DNA from: Bacteroidota bacterium
GTDB taxonomy: Bacteria; Bacteroidota; Ignavibacteria; UBA10030; UBA8401
DNA: 60,910 nt
Direction: 5' to 3'
NCBI GenBank assembly: GCA_013361065.1
Contig: JABWAK010000004.1
Span: 1-60,910, forward strand
Part shown: piece after piece, positions 9,147 to 17,568 of the stretch
How positions within the stretch are numbered: the stretch's first letter is position 1
Layout: every line of letters starts with the position of its first letter
Translations under genes and position numbers: made by a program
The notes under the pieces: model-generated
What the model saw: only the letters and a program-made list of their open reading frames with translations
What the model was told of the DNA's origin: nothing
Database searches by the model: none

Positions 9147-10466
9147 TTGGATTCACGGCTTAGTTTCTCCATATTTCATCATACCTGGAGCATGATGAAC
9201 AATACCCCCACACGCACCATTCTGCTGATCCTGCTGGTCTCCGCTGCGCTCCGCATCGGCTCAATCACCGGCTCCGGCCATACCCTCACGTCGGATGAGC
9301 TGGATTATCTTCAGCTGGCGGAACAACTCCGAAACGGAGGGTCATACGCGACCCCCGCCGGTCCGACCGCCTACCGTCCTCCGGCCTATCCCTTCCTGAT
9401 CGCGGGATTGCTGAGTATCATCTCCTCCCTGCCGTTCGTCTTCAGTGTACAGATCCTGCTGGAACTGCTCACCTGTTATGGATTGTACCGGATCGGGAGT
9501 GTTATCGGCGGAGCCGGGACCGGCATCACCGCCATGGGTGTCTGGGCGCTCCTTCCCTCGTCGGTGATCATGCCGGGTCTGCTGATGAGCGAGACGTTCT
9601 TCACTGCGGTGATGACCGCAATGGTGCTGCAGTCTGTCACCGGGGAACGGAGGCCGGTACTGACGGGAGTGCTGCTCGGCATCAGCATCCTGCTGAAGCC
9701 GCAGATGCTGCTGCTGGGCGGGATGTATGCGGTATGGTTAGCGCATACCGGAGCATGGAAGAAGAGCCTCATGATCGCCGGAACAGCTGCCATACTCATT
9801 GCACCGTGGATCATCCGGAATGCGGCGGTGATGGATGCGGCGGTGCTGACCACGAACGGCGGGGTCAACTTCTGGATCGGGAACAATCCGGAAGCGAACG
9901 GGAGTTACCGCATTCCGTCGGCGCCGTTGCTCGAAGCCGGTGCAACGGAACAGGCGCTCAACAATGAAGGATACCGGCGGGGACTCTCCTTCCTGATGGA
10001 TGACCCGGCTGCGGGCGTCCTGCTTGCCGGAAAGAAACTCGCGCATCTCTGGTCCTCGCAGATGTACCTGTTGCTCGCTGCGGATGACGGGATAGGTATG
10101 CAGCGTCCGTACCGAGACCAACTGCGGGAGGTGCCGATGCGTTCTGCATTGTCGGTCGATATCCCGTTCGTTCTGCTGGTGGTGTTCGGTCTTGCGGGAT
10201 TGTTCCTGCTGCCGGAAGGGAACGGTGGTGCGAGAACGATCGCAGTGGGGATACTGCTGCTCTGGTGTGCGGTACACATGCTCTATTTCGGTTCGGCACG
10301 GTTCGCCTATCCGGTGCTGCCGCTGCTGGCGGTGACGGCAGCGGCCGGCGTCCGGGAGCGGCACCGGATCGGCACACTGCCGCTGCACCACCGACTGCTC
10401 CTCGCCGCTCTCGCCGGAGGATTCCTCCTGCTCACCCTCTTCCAGTACGTGCTCATCTACCTTTAA
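9147..10466 (+). CDS. Glycosyltransferase family 39 (ArnT/PMT-like) polytopic membrane protein
   Basis: About 12 hydrophobic segments, an N-terminal loop DELDYLQLAEQL (the DE motif of GT-C enzymes), and YRPPAYPFLIA. The likely true start is Met at 9192 or 9195. Confidence 0.7.
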   Translation: MDSRLSFSIFHHTWSMMNNTPTRTILLILLVSAALRIGSITGSGHTLTSDELDYLQLAEQLRNGGSYATPAGPTAYRPPAYPFLIAGLLSIISSLPFVFSVQILLELLTCYGLYRIGSVIGGAGTGITAMGVWALLPSSVIMPGLLMSETFFTAVMTAMVLQSVTGERRPVLTGVLLGISILLKPQMLLLGGMYAVWLAHTGAWKKSLMIAGTAAILIAPWIIRNAAVMDAAVLTTNGGVNFWIGNNPEANGSYRIPSAPLLEAGATEQALNNEGYRRGLSFLMDDPAAGVLLAGKKLAHLWSSQMYLLLAADDGIGMQRPYRDQLREVPMRSALSVDIPFVLLVVFGLAGLFLLPEGNGGARTIAVGILLLWCAVHMLYFGSARFAYPVLPLLAVTAAAGVRERHRIGTLPLHHRLLLAALAGGFLLLTLFQYVLIYL

Positions 10467-10472
10467 AACAGC

Positions 10473-10498
10473 GACGCTCTCCTGCAGGGAGAGCGTCA
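10473..10498. terminator. Perfect 11-bp stem hairpin between convergent genes
   Basis: GACGCTCTCCC-TGCA-GGGAGAGCGTC. No clear T tract follows. Confidence 0.45.
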
Positions 10499-10527
10499 TT
10501 GTTGATGGGGTTCGGTATTCCGAAGGG

Positions 10528-10857
10528 TCAGGCCTGTTCCACTTCCGCTTCGCTGACCGGAGTCTCATCGGCCGATGCCGTGACCGGGATCCCCTGCTTT
10601 CCGAGTTCATCGTGGACAAAATCGACGGCCTCTGCCAATGCATCGGCGAATTTCTCGAAGTCCTCCTTGTACAGGAAGATCTTATGCTTCTTGAATTCTT
10701 CCTCCGAGATCTTCTTGCTCTCCGTGATGGTGATGTAGAAATCCTTCTCGGATTTCGTCGCCTTCACGTCGAAGAAGTACGTCCGCTTCCCTGCGCGAAC
10801 CCGTCTGCTGAACACTTCCTCTTTCTTTTCCGTCGATTGTGTGGTAGAAGTTTCCAA
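10528..10857 (-). CDS. DUF3276 / PUR-alpha-like nucleic-acid-binding protein
   Basis: RAGKRTYFFDVKATKSEKDFYITITESKK...IFLYKEDFEKFADAL matches the bacterial PUR-like repeat. I prefer the TTG at 10857, which sits 8 nt after a GGAGG. The ATG at 10965 would translate through a stem-loop (10930-10951). Confidence 0.6.
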   Translation of the reverse strand: METSTTQSTEKKEEVFSRRVRAGKRTYFFDVKATKSEKDFYITITESKKISEEEFKKHKIFLYKEDFEKFADALAEAVDFVHDELGKQGIPVTASADETPVSEAEVEQA

Positions 10858-10961
10858 GATCTGCCCCTCCTGTATTGTTGAATGTATGGTTGTGCAGCGC
10901 TTCTGCACGTTGATGGATCCTTGCTGCCGGCCGGGCACTCCGTTGCCCGGCCGATGGAACA

Positions 10962-13232
10962 TCATTTCCTGATCACGGCCACTTTTGCCAGAGCCGTTTT
11001 CTCCCCTGTGGATGTATGGGCGGCGATGATATAGACGCCGGTACCGACCTCTCTTCCTTCACCATCCCGGCAATCCCAGAATGCCCGGCCTCCCCCTTGT
11101 GCAGGGAACTGCCGGATGACCTTCCCGCTCAGGTCCATGACCTTCACGGTGCAGTCGGCCACCAGACCGCGGATCTCCACGGTGCGGTGGTTGGGAAGAT
11201 AAACCGGATTTGGTGAAAGTTCAATCGTTGAGAAGTTGTTTTTCGCGTTGACGGCCGCTATTTCCAGACTGGAAAGCCCCTTTTCCGTGCCGATATAGAC
11301 GATCCCGTTGAGACCGTCGATGGCAATGGAGTAGATATTGTTGTCGACCAGTTTGCCGCCGGTATTCTCCACGGAATAATGCTGCAGCTGCTGCACACCG
11401 TCCGGAGCGATGACGAACACCCCGCGCGAGGTGCCGACCCACTTATTGTTGAGCGGATCGACCGCGATGCAGTTGATGAAGAGGTCGCGTACGGAGAAGT
11501 CGAACACTTTGGAGATGCGCTGGACGGGATTGAGCGGTTCGTTGATGATGGTGATGCCGGCACCGGTGCCGAGCCAGATGTCGCCCTGCTGGTCCACCGC
11601 AACCGCCTGCACCCGGTCATCGGTCATGCCGTCACTCTCGGTGATGCTCCCCCAGGAATTCGTGAACCGTTGGGGATTGTAGTACGCCACCACCGGTGAT
11701 TCCTGGCGGCTGATGAGGGAATTGGTGAACCATTTGGTGTTGAACCGGTCGATCGCTATCTCGTACATGAATCCGTTGTCCATCGGTACCGGAAGACCGG
11801 GATAGACCTCCCATGAGGAATCAGGACGCATCTTCCAGAGTGTCTTGGAACGATCCGTGGTGAAGACACCGGCGATCCAGACGTTGCCGGAATCATCCGC
11901 GACCGCTTTCGACGGAACGGTGTAGGACGGAATGCCGCCGCTGCCGGACCGGATGACGCCGATGAATCCGGGATGTGTATAGTCGAAACGGCGGACCACG
12001 TCGCCATTACTATTGACGACCACCGCTCCTTCGCCCCAGGTGCTGACCCATTTGGAATTGTTCGGACCGACCGCGATCGCATAGCAATCATTCGTGAGCA
12101 GCAGCGGTGTGTTGGAAGTGGTGTAATTCGTCCACGTGGTCCTGTCGAAGCGGTAGAAACCCCAGCCGCCGGTGTGTCCGCCGGAAGCGGACCAGAGGTC
12201 GCCCTTCTGATCGACGACCATCTTATAGAAAGAGTTGGAATTCGGTCCGTTCGGTGCGTACCGCGGCCACTGCTGTGCACTGTTCATCACTCCGATACCG
12301 GCATCGGTGAAACCGAGTACCACGCTGCCGCCGGGTGTGATGGTGCCGCCGGTGACAACACCCGGGATCGACGTCGACAAGGTGATGTGACTGCCGGGAG
12401 CGGCGGGGACCTTCATCAGCAAGTTGCCCTGGGTATAGATCAGACCGGTGTCGGCCGATGCGATGATACGTACCGAGGAAGTGACATTGTTCACCGTCCC
12501 CCACGCATTACCCTGCAGGATATACAATCCGGTGGAAGAGGAAACATACAGTGCACCGTTGAATTCAGCGAAGGCATTTGCGGCAAGGCCGGCGGTCTGA
12601 TCGACGGACCAGGAAGAAGGATCGGCGAGATTGACCGCACCGGTCTTGGAAGCGATGATACCGCTGTTTGTCGCCAGGAAGATGCGGTTCTGGAACCGGT
12701 GTACGGCGTTCACGACCGGCTGTGAGACACCGGAGCCGAACCCGGTGAAGGTATCGATGAACTCGAAACGGGAGACGGAGAAGAGCGCCACGCCGAAACC
12801 GGTGCCGATGAAGAGCGTGTCACCGCGCAGATGGAAGGCGGTGATCTTCTTGTTGGTCTTAGTGGAACGGCTGATGTCGGTGACCGAGCGCCACTGACGG
12901 GCGGCAGGGTCGTATTGGTCGATGGTGCCGGACTGCTGTCCTATCCAGATCCGTCCTGCGTTGTCCACGACGATCGCCGTGGCATCGTTGGAGGAGAGAC
13001 CGTCCGAATTGAGGAGTTTCAGGTAGGTGGAATCGTCCGGATCGAACCGGAACACACCGCCGGCGGTGGCGGCCCAGAGGGAACTGCCCTGCGGGGCAAC
13101 CGCGCGGACGGAGCGCATATCCGTGTAATTCTTCCAGTCACCGATACCGGCGAGGGCCGGGACGCGATACCCCAGGAGAAGCAGAACAACCAACAGCCAA
13201 CGACGCATCATTCCAACGATTCCGGCACGCAT
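10962..13232 (-). CDS. Secreted beta-propeller (two-component-regulator-propeller type repeats) protein with T9SS C-terminal sorting domain
   Basis: Signal peptide, many ...G.IW.GT..G... propeller blades, and a C-terminal ~80 aa tail (LSPNPV...VKVMDLSGKVIRQF...GVYIIAAHT...KVAVIRK). Confidence 0.75.
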   Translation of the reverse strand: MRAGIVGMMRRWLLVVLLLLGYRVPALAGIGDWKNYTDMRSVRAVAPQGSSLWAATAGGVFRFDPDDSTYLKLLNSDGLSSNDATAIVVDNAGRIWIGQQSGTIDQYDPAARQWRSVTDISRSTKTNKKITAFHLRGDTLFIGTGFGVALFSVSRFEFIDTFTGFGSGVSQPVVNAVHRFQNRIFLATNSGIIASKTGAVNLADPSSWSVDQTAGLAANAFAEFNGALYVSSSTGLYILQGNAWGTVNNVTSSVRIIASADTGLIYTQGNLLMKVPAAPGSHITLSTSIPGVVTGGTITPGGSVVLGFTDAGIGVMNSAQQWPRYAPNGPNSNSFYKMVVDQKGDLWSASGGHTGGWGFYRFDRTTWTNYTTSNTPLLLTNDCYAIAVGPNNSKWVSTWGEGAVVVNSNGDVVRRFDYTHPGFIGVIRSGSGGIPSYTVPSKAVADDSGNVWIAGVFTTDRSKTLWKMRPDSSWEVYPGLPVPMDNGFMYEIAIDRFNTKWFTNSLISRQESPVVAYYNPQRFTNSWGSITESDGMTDDRVQAVAVDQQGDIWLGTGAGITIINEPLNPVQRISKVFDFSVRDLFINCIAVDPLNNKWVGTSRGVFVIAPDGVQQLQHYSVENTGGKLVDNNIYSIAIDGLNGIVYIGTEKGLSSLEIAAVNAKNNFSTIELSPNPVYLPNHRTVEIRGLVADCTVKVMDLSGKVIRQFPAQGGGRAFWDCRDGEGREVGTGVYIIAAHTSTGEKTALAKVAVIRK

Positions 13233-13300
13233 ACGGAGCTCCTTTCATTCCTGATGACAGCAAAGGGTAGCAAGAAGGAGGTCCGTCGTTTTCCTTGTGA

Positions 13301-13780
13301 TTAGAGGATTGTGTGAGTGAACAGGTTCGACATCTCGATGGCGCCGAGCGCCGTATCGTACCCTTTGTTGCCGACGCTGCCGCCGGCCCGTTCCATGGCC
13401 TGCTCGAACGTATCGGTGGTGAGCACGCCGAACAGCACCGGTAGGTCCCGTTCGTACGACACCCGGCCGATCCCACGGGCGCATTCCTGACAGATATAAT
13501 CGAAATGCGGCGTCTCGCCGCGGATGACCGCACCGAGACAGAGCACCGCATCATACTTCACCGTGCGGGTGATGTGCGAGGCCACCTGCGGCAGCTCGTA
13601 CGCGCCGGGACAACGGAAGACCTCCACCTGGCGCGCGCCATGCTTGGCGAAGCACTGCAGGGCGCCGTCCAGGAGTTTCTGGGTGACGGCGGAGTTGAAG
13701 GTGCTGACAACGATCGCGAATCTTTTGCCTTCTGCACTGACGCCGCCTTCATACACGCGGGGGGATTGTTCGGTAGCCAT
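13301..13780 (-). CDS. ribH: 6,7-dimethyl-8-ribityllumazine synthase
   Basis: 159 aa. FAIVVSTFNSAVTQKLLDGA, VFRCPGAYELP, LGAVIRGETPHFDYI. Confidence 0.92.
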   Translation of the reverse strand: MATEQSPRVYEGGVSAEGKRFAIVVSTFNSAVTQKLLDGALQCFAKHGARQVEVFRCPGAYELPQVASHITRTVKYDAVLCLGAVIRGETPHFDYICQECARGIGRVSYERDLPVLFGVLTTDTFEQAMERAGGSVGNKGYDTALGAIEMSNLFTHTIL

Positions 13781-13800
13781 GTTCTGCGGGATCGCTGCCT

Positions 13801-14643
13801 CTATGGTTGGGAAGAGTTGTTGGAGAAGAGCCGGTTCTTCATCATGTTCACCCGGTCCTCCTCGATGAAATACGAGCCGAGCACCTCATCGTCGTTCTTC
13901 TTTCCGCCGTGGAAATCGGAACCGCCGCTCTCCAGCAGGAAGTACTCGTTCACCACGCCGCGGTAGTAGGCGGTGTGGCTCGGCTGGTGCGAGGGATGGA
14001 TCACCTCGATGCCGTCCAGACCCGATTTGATGGTGTGATGGAGCAGTTCCTCGGTGGTGTAGCGTCCGGGATGCGCCAGGAAGGAGAGTCCGCCCGAGGA
14101 GGAGATGAGCTTGATGGCATCGGTGATGGTGAGCTGGAACTTCTTCTCGTAGGCAGGTCCGCCGTTGCCGATGAATTTCTCGAACGCCTGATGGTACGAA
14201 TCGATATAGCCCTGGTCCACCATGGCGGAGGCGATGTGCGGACGACCGACCGCCCCTTTCCCTGCCCGCTGCATCACCGCTTCGAAGCGGAGCGGCACGT
14301 TGATGCTGTTCAGTTTCGCCACGATCCGTTCGGCCCGCTTCACCCGCTCGCGGCGGAAGAACTCCAGATATTCCAGCAGACGGGGATTGGTGTAGTCGAC
14401 GAAGTAGCCGAGGATGTGGACATCTTTCTCCTCCACCAGCGCGCTCAGTTCCACGCCGGGGATGACCTCCACGCCGAACTCCTTGCCGTACTCGATCGCA
14501 TCAGGGAAGGCGGCGACGCTGTCATGGTCCGTTATGCTGATCACGGACAGACCGCGCTGTTTGCACTTCTTGATCAGTTCGTACGGCGAATAGATGCCGT
14601 CCGAAAAGGTCGTGTGCATATGCATGTCTGCTTTGATCGCCAT
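13801..14643 (-). CDS. PHP-domain phosphoesterase (TrpH/YciV-like)
   Basis: DMHMHTTFSDG...ISITDHDS N-terminal PHP metal motifs, 280 aa. Confidence 0.8.
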   Translation of the reverse strand: MAIKADMHMHTTFSDGIYSPYELIKKCKQRGLSVISITDHDSVAAFPDAIEYGKEFGVEVIPGVELSALVEEKDVHILGYFVDYTNPRLLEYLEFFRRERVKRAERIVAKLNSINVPLRFEAVMQRAGKGAVGRPHIASAMVDQGYIDSYHQAFEKFIGNGGPAYEKKFQLTITDAIKLISSSGGLSFLAHPGRYTTEELLHHTIKSGLDGIEVIHPSHQPSHTAYYRGVVNEYFLLESGGSDFHGGKKNDDEVLGSYFIEEDRVNMMKNRLFSNNSSQP

Positions 14644-14658
14644 ACGGACCGCGGTGGA

Positions 14659-15351
14659 TTAGGAGTGGAGTGACTTGAAGTTTTCGTAATCGTTGATGAT
14701 GAGCTTGCTTCCCTGCAGCTGCACGTATCCCTTCTTGATGAACTTGTGGATCATGCGGGAGATGGTCTCGCGGCTGGTGCCGGCCATGTTCGCCAGGTCC
14801 TGCTGCAGCGGCAGTTCGTCGATCTCCACCTTCCCTTTGCGGAAGACGCCGACATCATCGGCCAGCTGGAGCACTACGTTCGCCACGCGGCCTGCGGCAT
14901 CCTTCAGGGAGAGACTCTTGATCTGTGCGTCCGCCTTGCGGAGCCGTCCGGTCAGTTCACGGAGCAGTCCGATGGCAACGGAGGGGTAATCGGTGAGCGA
15001 TTTCAGGAAATCGCCGCGGTGGATCATGAAGAGTTCGGATTTGGAGGTGGCCACCACGCTCGCTGAACGGGTGGAGCCGTCCAGGATCGCCATCTCGCCG
15101 AAGAAATCGCTTTCGCCCAGGATGGAAAGGATCACTTCCCTGCCGTCATCGTCCATCCGGACGATCTTTACCTTGCCGGAGATGATCACGAAGAGCGCTG
15201 CTCCGGTCTCCTCCTCCAGAAGGATGATGCTCCCTTTCTTATACTTTTTCCGGACCCCCAGTGCGGCGATATGCTCCAGGTCTTTGTCACTGAGTTCCAT
15301 GAAAATAGGGACGTTCCGAAGGACTTCGACTTCTTCCATCATGGGTTTCAC
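14659..15351 (-). CDS. Crp/Fnr family transcriptional regulator
   Basis: cNMP-binding beta-barrel (FFGEMAILDG..RSASV) plus a C-terminal HTH (GTSRETISRMIHKF). Confidence 0.85.
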   Translation of the reverse strand: MKPMMEEVEVLRNVPIFMELSDKDLEHIAALGVRKKYKKGSIILLEEETGAALFVIISGKVKIVRMDDDGREVILSILGESDFFGEMAILDGSTRSASVVATSKSELFMIHRGDFLKSLTDYPSVAIGLLRELTGRLRKADAQIKSLSLKDAAGRVANVVLQLADDVGVFRKGKVEIDELPLQQDLANMAGTSRETISRMIHKFIKKGYVQLQGSKLIINDYENFKSLHS

Positions 15352-15449
15352 CGTACGGATATTGATTCTTGTAAATGGATGAGCGGCAGGACTGCGTCAA
15401 TATAGAGGGTGTTGTGATGAAAGTCAAGGAAGGGGAAAGGAACTATGAT

Positions 15450-16598
15450 TCACCGGAAACAGTGGATTTTCCGGTCTTCCGCTGCGATTATGAGAGAATT
15501 TTTCCAGACGAGCGGTGACGTTTTGATCCTGCTTTCCATGTGCTGCTTCCATAAAACAGTGCCGTCCATCGGTGACAATGCATAGACGAACTGATCGAGA
15601 GCTGTGACGATAACAGCATCGGTTGTGACCGCCGGAGTGGTATTGACGGCGTTCCGCGCGGTGAACGTCCACTTCCGGATTCCATCCGCTGCATTGTAGG
15701 CGGTGACGGTACCATCCAATGCCGTGAGTACGATCGTTCCGTTGCTCACCGCCGGTGCAGACATCAGCATGCTGCCGGCTGCGATCGAAAAGCGGAGCGC
15801 ACCATTGGCGGCATCCAGTGCGTAGAGATTCGAGTCCCGGGATGCGGCATAGAGTACACCGTCGAACAAGGTAAGTCCGGCAAAGAAACCGTTCTTCGCT
15901 CGGAATGACCAGAGCTGCTTGCCGTCCGTGAGCGAATGTGCCGAGACGCTGCCGTCCGTATTGGCACAGTAGACAGCATCATCCGATGCACAGGGAGCGG
16001 AACGGAGGGGAGCACCGGTGTCGGTCCTCCACACTTCCAGTCCGGACGAGGGACGGAAAGCGCGGAGCGAGCCGTCCAGCCCTGCAGTGATGACCAGATC
16101 CCGGACAGCAAGCGGGGACGCGGCGATCCCGCCGGCATTGGCGCGCCAGAGGACGATCCCTTCCTCCGTATCGATGCCGAGAAGGTTCTCCTCCTCCCCT
16201 TCATTCCCGACGATAACGAACTTTCCGGAGACGACTGCGGATGAGGAGATCGGCGCGAATGTTTTGATGGAGCGCAGTTTTTTGCCGGTGGTGATATCCA
16301 CCGCATGCAGTTCACCCTGCATGGTGCCGATGATGAGCGTCGTGCCGACGACGACTGGCACACTGTTACCGAAACCGGCACCCGCATTATAGTCCCACGT
16401 CAATGTCAACGGGAACGTCAGTGGTCCCGATGCCTCGAACGATCGGGAGGGAATACGGCCGTGCATCGGTACATCGGTGGAAGCGGAATCGAGCGTCAGT
16501 CCGAACCGCTGCAGCGATGCACAGCCGGACGACAACGCAAGCGCTGCGGAAAGCAGCGGTAAGAGAATGAAATGTCGGTATGGATGAAAACGCGTCAT
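15450..16598 (-). CDS. PQQ-like (BamB-type) beta-propeller lipoprotein
   Basis: Start at 16598 gives MTRFHPYRHFILLPLLSAALALSSGC (lipobox). Repeated ...A.D..TGK..W blades follow. Confidence 0.7.
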   Translation of the reverse strand: MTRFHPYRHFILLPLLSAALALSSGCASLQRFGLTLDSASTDVPMHGRIPSRSFEASGPLTFPLTLTWDYNAGAGFGNSVPVVVGTTLIIGTMQGELHAVDITTGKKLRSIKTFAPISSSAVVSGKFVIVGNEGEEENLLGIDTEEGIVLWRANAGGIAASPLAVRDLVITAGLDGSLRAFRPSSGLEVWRTDTGAPLRSAPCASDDAVYCANTDGSVSAHSLTDGKQLWSFRAKNGFFAGLTLFDGVLYAASRDSNLYALDAANGALRFSIAAGSMLMSAPAVSNGTIVLTALDGTVTAYNAADGIRKWTFTARNAVNTTPAVTTDAVIVTALDQFVYALSPMDGTVLWKQHMESRIKTSPLVWKNSLIIAAEDRKIHCFR

Positions 16599-16664
16599 AA
16601 TAATAAAAATGAAACAACAAATAAATGAACCCTCACGCTGAGTCGTGAAACGAAAGAGAACAAA

Positions 16665-16691
16665 CCACGAAGACACAAAAGCACAAAAGAG
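16665..16691 (-). repeat. Triple tandem nonamer (ctcttttgt gcttttgtg tcttcgtgg on the minus strand)
   Basis: Same word family as 24476-24502, 28013-28039, 28260-28286 and 48382-48408. Confidence 0.65.
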
Positions 16692-16844
16692 GAACTTTAA
16701 GGAAACTAGTTTTCAACGTCATTCCGGAGACCGCCGGCAACGGCCTGTCTGCGATCGTCCGGAATCTATCTTTATGACAGACCCTGAAATCGCACCGACA
16801 CTCTCTTGCGCACGGTGCTCTTCAGGGTGACGCAGCGAATATAT

Positions 16845-16917
16845 CTGTAGCCGGGACGGTCCGTCCCGGTCTTGCGCCAAAGTCTTAGTGAGCCGCGATG
16901 ACCCATCGCGGCTACAG
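16845..16917 (+). repeat. REPIN-like doublet: GTAG-hairpin ... hairpin-CTAC (copy 1)
   Basis: ctGTAG-CCGGGACG-gtc-CGTCCCGG-tcttgcgccaaagtcttagtga-GCCGCGATG-acc-CATCGCGGC-TACag. Confidence 0.8.
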
Positions 16918-17085
16918 TTAGAAAACCTTGCGAAGGTTTCGTTCACATCATACATCCCACGTCATCCTTCCCCCAACGGGGTCCCTTTGGGAGACGCGGC
17001 AAAATGTCAAATGCCGGCCTTGCTCAGGATGACTTCTACCTCTATAAAACCAAATCCATTTTAATGCCGATCCGCAATAACAAGA

Positions 17086-17156
17086 TGTAGCCGGGACGGT
17101 CCGTCCCGGTCTTGCGCCGGCTTCTTCATGAGCCGCGATGACCCATCGCGGTTACA
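17086..17156 (+). repeat. REPIN-like doublet (copy 2)
   Basis: Near-identical hairpins to copy 1; the linker has diverged. Confidence 0.8.
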
Positions 17157-17568
17157 AATATTCAACTTGTCATCCCCAAAACCCCGGCACTTCCTGTTGG
17201 GGTTGTTGGGGATCCAGTATCGTCCTCTTCATCGTAATTGTTTTCAGAGTGTAGAAAAACGCGTTTACTGGACCCCCGATAGGAGCTCCGCTTTGTGAGT
17301 CCCGCCATGGCGGTGTCCAAACAGCGGGACACTCGGGGGATGACACGTGAATCATGCAATGATTCCCAATTCTGTCATCCCCGCATGTTTTTAACGGGGA
17401 TCCAGTATCGTAATCTTCATCGAATCGATATGCTTTTGAGTACCAAAAATACAGTTACTGGATGCCCGATAAGAGCACTCGGGCATGACAACATTTATCA
17501 TTCAAAGTGACCCAAACGAATAAATAAATACCTGCAATTCTGATTCAACCTTCGAAAGGTTAGTCACT

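Noticed and set aside
13781-13800. I looked for an FMN riboswitch upstream of ribH.
   Set aside because: Only 20 nt separate ribH from the upstream PHP gene, so there is no room for an RFN element. ribH appears co-transcribed with the crp-like and PHP genes.
16677-17568. Small ORFs (61-78 aa) inside the 0.9-kb gene-free spacer.
   Set aside because: They are composed of the hairpin and repeat modules themselves (GTAG doublets, GTCATCC hairpins). The same modules occur elsewhere in the window in either orientation with diverged linkers, and no start or RBS context supports them.
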